Source: an uncultured Candidatus Saccharibacteria bacterium (GTDB taxonomy: Bacteria; Patescibacteriota; Minisyncoccia; Phycocordibacterales; PALSA-1337). Taken from it: a stretch of 37,008 nt of DNA. This document shows, one piece after another, positions 32,447-37,008 of the stretch; position 1 is the stretch's first letter, and every line of letters begins with the position of its first letter. The translations under genes and the position numbers were made by a program. Below the pieces are notes generated by a model. It searched no databases. It saw nothing but the letters and a program-made list of their open reading frames with translations, and was not told the origin of the DNA. Where the stretch lies: positions 1 to 37,008 of the forward strand of contig CAZRRZ010000003.1 of assembly GCA_964602725.1 (NCBI GenBank), in the 5' to 3' direction.

Positions 32447-34156
32447 TTATAGATTCAAATATGTTGTAAATGTTGTGTGATATCCGCCGCCAGCCGTCAA
32501 ACCTGAACCAGAAGCCCAATTTGAAGCGTCAAATTTGGTAACAACAGCACTTCCATCACTGGAAACTTTTAGGATTCCGGCAATTTCAATGCCGCCACCA
32601 TAAATGCTCATGCAAGATTGATTAGGGCCGCCACCCGTATAACAAAAACGTGTTGGAAAAGTAGATGTCGGAATGGTTGCGTTGAGGGTTGCTGTTGCCG
32701 TTACGGTGTCAGATGAAAAGTATCCAGTAACAACTTTGTTATTTCTTTCAAGAACAAGAGTTGCTGTTGCTCCAGCTAATGCGCCACCTAAAGAGATGCC
32801 GGTTATTGCGCCATAACTTTCGTAGACACTAACCACTCTCCAATCGGCTGGAGTTGCAGGAGTAGCAACCATAGCCTCGAGTATCACTTGGCCAATTTGA
32901 ATGACCGCGTCACCTTGAGAGCCGGTAAATGCTGTGCTGTAAAGAATTGGATTGCTATCAGCCGCTCTAATTGTGAGATCAAAGTTTGTTGTGTTCTCAA
33001 GAGTCCAAACTTGACCCTTAGCCACACCAGTAGAAGGCAAATCAACATTTCTGGCAGCGCTTAGATCAAAAATTTGAATGTGATTATCAGACGAAACAAG
33101 CGTTGTGGTACCAGCGCCTTCAGTAGCCCGAACATTTCCAGTTACAGTTGGTGAGTTTGTTGTCCAACTTACTCCTACGGCTGTTCCGGAATCTGCGACA
33201 AGAACCTGTCCATCAGTTCCAACAGGGACTCTTGCGTTAACAGTTGAAAATCCAACTAAATCACCTTTGGTTGTTAAGGGTGACAAAGCGTTGAAAGCAG
33301 GATTTGCGGTTGTTTGACCAGTACCGCCATTTGCAATCGGTAGAGCGCCAGTAACTTTTGCCGTTAAATCAATTGTACTGTTTGCAATTTTAGAGTTTGT
33401 AACAGCAAGGTTTGCGATAGTAGCCGCAACTGATCCAGGTCCGGTTGCCGTTACGTCTCCAGTTAAAGCAGTGATATAGCTGCCAGCGGCTTGCTTAGAG
33501 TTAAACGTTGTCCAGTCTGTTGATGACAAATAACCGTTTTGACTTCCGTTAGCAACTTGCTGAGAAATCGAAGTACCAGAGCCAATAACAGATCCAGTGC
33601 CACCCGTTATGGTGATTCCATCTGTTCCAACATCCGTTAAGTTTCCAATCGTCAAAGCAGCTTGTTTGCCGTTGAATGTCGACCAATCTGTTGAAGAAAG
33701 GTAACCGTTGTGCGTGCTATCAGCCACTTGTTGACTTATGCTTGTACCCGAACCGATTACAGATCCGGTTCCGCCAGTGATAGTTATGCCGTCAGTGCCA
33801 ACATCCGTAAGGTTGCCGATTGTGAGAGCAGCTTGCTTTGCGTTAAAGGTGCTCCAGTCTGTGCTTGAAAGATAACCGTTGTGAGTTGAATCAGCGACAT
33901 GTTGAGAAATACTTGTGCCCGCTCCAACTACCGCACCAGTTCCGCCGGTGATGGTAATCCCATCGGTTCCGACATCAGTCAGGTTTCCATATGATACTGT
34001 GCTGTTAATTGTGTGCGTATTAGCGACGCTGTTAACCGATATTCCTGTTCCACTAGCAATAAACTGAGCGGCTGTTGTATCGCCGTTGATCGATGTGATT
34101 CCACCGCCACCGCCGCCGCCACCGCTGAGTGCTGGATATGTAGCAAAAAATGACAT
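32447..34156 (-). CDS. Tail fibre / receptor-binding protein 1, 569 aa, with 3 x 57-aa tandem repeats
   Basis: The N-terminus GGGGGGGGITSINGDTTAAQFIASGTGISVNS is shared with fibre 2. The repeats contain NGYLSSTDWSTFN(A/G/S)K, a fibre-repeat-like motif. Confidence 0.8.
   Translation of the reverse strand: MSFFATYPALSGGGGGGGGITSINGDTTAAQFIASGTGISVNSVANTHTINSTVSYGNLTDVGTDGITITGGTGAVVGAGTSISQHVADSTHNGYLSSTDWSTFNAKQAALTIGNLTDVGTDGITITGGTGSVIGSGTSISQQVADSTHNGYLSSTDWSTFNGKQAALTIGNLTDVGTDGITITGGTGSVIGSGTSISQQVANGSQNGYLSSTDWTTFNSKQAAGSYITALTGDVTATGPGSVAATIANLAVTNSKIANSTIDLTAKVTGALPIANGGTGQTTANPAFNALSPLTTKGDLVGFSTVNARVPVGTDGQVLVADSGTAVGVSWTTNSPTVTGNVRATEGAGTTTLVSSDNHIQIFDLSAARNVDLPSTGVAKGQVWTLENTTNFDLTIRAADSNPILYSTAFTGSQGDAVIQIGQVILEAMVATPATPADWRVVSVYESYGAITGISLGGALAGATATLVLERNNKVVTGYFSSDTVTATATLNATIPTSTFPTRFCYTGGGPNQSCMSIYGGGIEIAGILKVSSDGSAVVTKFDASNWASGSGLTAGGGYHTTFTTYLNL
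33476..33988 (-). repeat. Three in-frame 171-nt tandem repeats inside the fibre 1 gene
   Basis: The units lie at 33818-33988, 33647-33817 and 33476-33646. The peptides are nearly identical (GNLTDVGTDGITITGGTG.V.G.GTSISQ.VA....NGYLSSTDW.TFN.KQAA) but many synonymous codons differ. Confidence 0.9.
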
Positions 34157-34548
34157 TATGTAACCTTTCCATTAACTGTAACGGTAAGAGATCCTGAACC
34201 ACTCACCGATGTATAAATTAAACGTATTGCATAACCCCCGGTTCCCAAAATTTCGATGTATCCTGTTCCGGTGTTTCCGGATACTGGAGCGCTGTTCACG
34301 GTAGTACCGCCAACCGAAATCGGTGCGGTGTTCCATGTGCCAGCATTTTCGACAGTTCCATTTGGGTTCAATTTGTAATCATCAGAGATTTGCAAGGATA
34401 CGGACCCAACAGGTGTTGATCCTGTCCACGTAAGGGCATAAGAGCCGCAGCTAAGTGATTGAAGTATGGTGGGGTCAGTTACAAGGTCTCCGGACATATC
34501 TCCGGCATCTAATACAACTTGCGGACGCAAGTTTGTCCTGGTCGACAT
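34156..34548 (-). CDS. Small beta-protein paired with fibre 1, 130 aa
   Basis: The track start at 34593 was rejected in favour of the ATG at 34548, which has AAGGAG 8 nt upstream and gives a length matching the paralogue. TAATG coupling links it to fibre 1. Confidence 0.6.
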   Translation of the reverse strand: MSTRTNLRPQVVLDAGDMSGDLVTDPTILQSLSCGSYALTWTGSTPVGSVSLQISDDYKLNPNGTVENAGTWNTAPISVGGTTVNSAPVSGNTGTGYIEILGTGGYAIRLIYTSVSGSGSLTVTVNGKVT

Positions 34549-34732
34549 AAAGGGGTCTCCTTTCGCATTACGAGGGGTCTCCCCGTAAGTCATTGATTCT
34601 ATATGTGTCCTAAAAGCGTAGTTTTTCGACGTATCAACAGGTTAGGCAAAAAATAGTTCTCAAGGTTTCCTGAAACGTGCCGATGAGTATTACATGAGTT
34701 GAATTGATCAACTTCATTTAAGGAGTCCCGCC

Positions 34733-35023
34733 ATGAAAACCACAGAAAACAAAAAAACCATCGCCCTAGTTGACCGCCTTTCTGAGATTATTGAATCTCG
34801 CAAATCTTTGGAAACTGAAGAACGCGAAATCAAATCCCAACTGAAAAATCTGATGTCCGAACTTGATACTAGCATTTTAAATGTTGGCAAATACGTCGCA
34901 ATTATCAGCAACCGCGTTCGTACTGATCTTGATAAAGAAATGGTGGCTACCCTTCTTGGTGACAAATACAAAGATTGTCTCAAGAAAAGCGAATACCAAA
35001 TTTTTGAAGTGAAAAAAGCTTAG
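34733..35023 (+). CDS. Hypothetical helical protein, 96 aa (first gene of plus-strand island)
   Basis: An AAGGAG RBS precedes the start. The protein is charged with coiled-coil character. Confidence 0.55.
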   Translation: MKTTENKKTIALVDRLSEIIESRKSLETEEREIKSQLKNLMSELDTSILNVGKYVAIISNRVRTDLDKEMVATLLGDKYKDCLKKSEYQIFEVKKA

Positions 35024-35086
35024 ATAGCCGGGTAGACGAAACTAACACCGGCTACTACCAGAATATCAAACATTAAGGAGAAAGCA

Positions 35087-35368
35087 ATGCTTAGGAATTT
35101 TATAGAAAAAGATTTAGTGTCTTGGATTAAAGTGACTTTTTGGATGGCGGTGATTTATGTCATTTATTGTAACGCACATACCGCATTTACAATTGGAATG
35201 TATGCTCCCGTAGACGTATCTTTGACGGCAGTTAACTTTAACTTTTTCCAAGTTCAATATTTACTCGCCTGTTTTCTCCACTTTTATTTGTTTTGGTTCT
35301 TGTTGCCGCGCTTCTTGTTCAGAAAGTTTATGGGCCTAGTTCGCAAATTTTCACCAGCAAAAGCATAG
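35087..35368 (+). CDS. Membrane protein, 93 aa (holin-like: 2 TM + basic C-terminus)
   Basis: An AAGGAG RBS precedes the start. The TM segments are VTFWMAVIYVIYC and YLLACFLHFYLFWFLL, and the tail is RKFMGLVRKFSPAKA. Confidence 0.55.
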   Translation: MLRNFIEKDLVSWIKVTFWMAVIYVIYCNAHTAFTIGMYAPVDVSLTAVNFNFFQVQYLLACFLHFYLFWFLLPRFLFRKFMGLVRKFSPAKA

Positions 35369-35376
35369 GAGTATTT

Positions 35377-35550
35377 ATGAGTATCGCTTTTTATTTCGGA
35401 TACTTCTTGGGCATGGTAGCAACAGTTGTAGTTTATATCCTTCATTATGGCATTCATTACGCGCTACCAATTGCCCTTGTTTATTTTTCGGCCAAGCTTC
35501 TTGTTAAGATTTTCCAAAAAGTTACTGCTTTTGTGAGCGCGCAATTCTAG
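35377..35550 (+). CDS. Membrane protein, 57 aa (2 TM)
   Basis: The internal ATG of track ORF 35293..35550 has TAGGAG upstream. The translation is MSIAFYFGYFLGMVATVVVYILHYGIHYALPIALVYFSAKLLVKIF.... Confidence 0.5.
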   Translation: MSIAFYFGYFLGMVATVVVYILHYGIHYALPIALVYFSAKLLVKIFQKVTAFVSAQF

Positions 35551-36619
35551 CCTGATTTCCTGTGAGATACGAGTCATCTGATTTTTGTAATGCAGACGGT
35601 TTTTGTTTTGGGGCGGCTTGAGGTTGTTGTTGCTGTTTTCCTTGAAAAGTAGCTTGGGCCGCCATTATGTTTTGTGGGGTCATTTCGGCTGAAAGAGGTA
35701 CTCCAAACAATAAGCTTAGTCCTTGCCTGATTTTATAACTTGGCTTCTTCCCATCTAATTGATGTTTGATTATTTTTTCAGTCAGCTTTTTTTGAAGCAC
35801 GTCATCAACTTCCGGATACATGGCCTTAAAATGTTTCACATGCTCAGGTTCAATAGTTCCATCTTTGATTTTTGTCAAAATACGAAATGGGTCGGCGGCA
35901 ATTTGCAGAGCTCTTTGATAAGACCTTTTTTGCAACGTCTGATCAGGTTCATCGTCAAAAGCTAATTTGGGTTGGTTTTTTTGTGGCTTTATTGAATTCA
36001 AATAACCCGACATTCTGGCTTTGGCTGATTGCAAAAGAATGTTTTGTTCAGGATACGTTTCAGCTATTTGGCTACTAATGCCTTTTCTAGGTTTTACGTC
36101 TCCGCCGTCAGCGAACATTTCCGGTTGATGTTGAGAATGTATTTCCTCTTGGATGTCTTGATCAATACCACCGCGCTCTATCCATTCATGAATGAGCTTG
36201 GTCATCTTTTCATCCGAAGTTCTTTGAGATGGTTCATTTCCGAACAGATGTTCGATTCTAGTCGACATGTTTTTGTGGCCACGCTTTATCGAATGATTGT
36301 ATCTATCGACATCATGGTCATGCATCTTGATAAGTCCATGCAAACCACTATTCCCTAAATACGAAACTGCGGCGGCATGATGATCATCGTGCTTTGGAAT
36401 GACTTCGCCACCCTCAGCATAATATTCGCACTCTTTGTTGTGCGGTTTATTAAGTGAGCAATAAGATTCTACCTCACCGCCTTCGGCCATGGATTTAGAA
36501 TGCTCTCCTCCGCTCGGAGCGCCACCGTAGCATTTGCAATTCGGGTGAGGTTTACCGTGTGACTTGCAATTGGGATTCTGGCAAGGGAGGTTATTATCAT
36601 ATGCGTAGTATGACGTCAT
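35522..36619 (-). CDS. Cys/His-rich internal/ejection-type protein with three A-[ED]-G-G-[ED]-V motifs, 365 aa
   Basis: ATGA coupling links it to the junction gene. The N-terminus reads CQNPNCKSHGKPHPNCKCYGG. The motifs are MAEGGEV, YAEGGEV and FADGGDV. Its 3' end overlaps the convergent plus-strand gene by 29 nt. Confidence 0.65.
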   Translation of the reverse strand: MTSYYAYDNNLPCQNPNCKSHGKPHPNCKCYGGAPSGGEHSKSMAEGGEVESYCSLNKPHNKECEYYAEGGEVIPKHDDHHAAAVSYLGNSGLHGLIKMHDHDVDRYNHSIKRGHKNMSTRIEHLFGNEPSQRTSDEKMTKLIHEWIERGGIDQDIQEEIHSQHQPEMFADGGDVKPRKGISSQIAETYPEQNILLQSAKARMSGYLNSIKPQKNQPKLAFDDEPDQTLQKRSYQRALQIAADPFRILTKIKDGTIEPEHVKHFKAMYPEVDDVLQKKLTEKIIKHQLDGKKPSYKIRQGLSLLFGVPLSAEMTPQNIMAAQATFQGKQQQQPQAAPKQKPSALQKSDDSYLTGNQARIARSQKQ

Positions 36620-37008
36620 TTAAAAAGGCCTCTAAATGGGTTCCATCCGGCATCTTCATTTTTTTGCGCTTTTTTGCTAGTTCCAATCGCCCCGGTTGAT
36701 TTCATTTCTGGTGCTGGCGGTTTTTTTGGTGGTTCAGGATATTTATATTTAGGTGGTTCATGAACAAGACCGAGTCTTCTTAGGTTTGGCGCTTTTTCTT
36801 CCAAGTTGTTATCAAAGTGCTTATTCATAACTTTCCAAACTTCTTTTCGCGATTCATCAGTATCAGCCCAAGAAGGTAAAAGACCAGCAACCTGTCTCAT
36901 TTTAGCTTCATCAGATTTATTGACGCCTAAACGTTCAGCAAGAGCGTTGATTTGAATATCTCTATTACGTTCAAAATAATTTCGCAAAGTTTCTCCAGGA
37001 AGTGCGGT
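36616..37008 (-). CDS. C-terminal part of the junction-spanning gene (see 1..1576)
   Basis: The frame is open to the window edge. 36954-37008 duplicates 1-55, so the unique coding part is 36616-36953. The C-terminus is Pro/Lys-rich (EPPKYKYPEPPKKPPAPE). Confidence 0.8.
   Translation of the reverse strand, partial: TALPGETLRNYFERNRDIQINALAERLGVNKSDEAKMRQVAGLLPSWADTDESRKEVWKVMNKHFDNNLEEKAPNLRRLGLVHEPPKYKYPEPPKKPPAPEMKSTGAIGTSKKAQKNEDAGWNPFRGLFK
36954..37008. repeat. Terminal direct repeat, copy 2
   Basis: Exact copy of nt 1-55. Confidence 0.95.

Noticed and set aside
33476-33988. CRISPR-like or satellite repeat array
   Set aside because: The 171-nt units are in frame within the fibre ORF, have no spacers and diverge mainly at synonymous sites. 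They are coding tandem repeats.
30295-34156. Diversity-generating retroelement acting on the fibre genes
   Set aside because: There is no reverse transcriptase ORF anywhere in the closed genome, and I found no template-repeat copy of a fibre C-terminus in non-coding DNA.

Overview
The window is a complete, circularly closed dsDNA tailed-phage genome. Nt 1-55 are identical to nt 36954-37008, so the unique length is 36,953 bp, and a 637-codon ORF reads straight across that junction. The architecture looks short-tailed (podovirus-like). There is no tape-measure or sheath gene. One very long minus-strand operon reads RusA, about 12 small ORFans, tRNA-Asn, large terminase, portal, scaffold, major capsid, abundant 296-aa protein, tail proteins, GNAT, three low-complexity internal/ejection-type proteins, then two paralogous 'small beta-protein + tail fibre' cassettes and small membrane proteins. 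A plus-strand early/accessory arm starts from the divergent AT-rich region at 22283-22649. It holds a DUF3820-like protein, a RecT-like annealase, a lipoprotein, small ORFs, and then an accessory block. I recognise no DNA polymerase, primase/helicase, RNA polymerase, integrase or repressor. The most unusual content is listed here. (1) A 245-nt, about 55% G+C, ORF-free and highly structured element is fused directly to the 5' end of an antisense tRNA(CAU) at 26634-26952. (2) Immediately downstream lies a translationally coupled accessory operon: a 67-aa basic protein, a 38-aa TM peptide, a GT-A-type glycosyltransferase, a 39-aa TM peptide and a signal-peptide-bearing papain-family (C1) cysteine protease. 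(3) Three or four virion-module proteins share a degenerate [YFM]-A-[DEK]-G-G-x-V motif. (4) The receptor-binding cassettes are duplicated and share an N-terminal anchor. (5) Two GNAT-like acetyltransferases are present, one inside the tail/ejection gene block. (6) A plus-strand island of three small, mostly membrane genes interrupts the structural operon. All functional calls rest on motifs I read in the translations and on gene order. No database search was possible.
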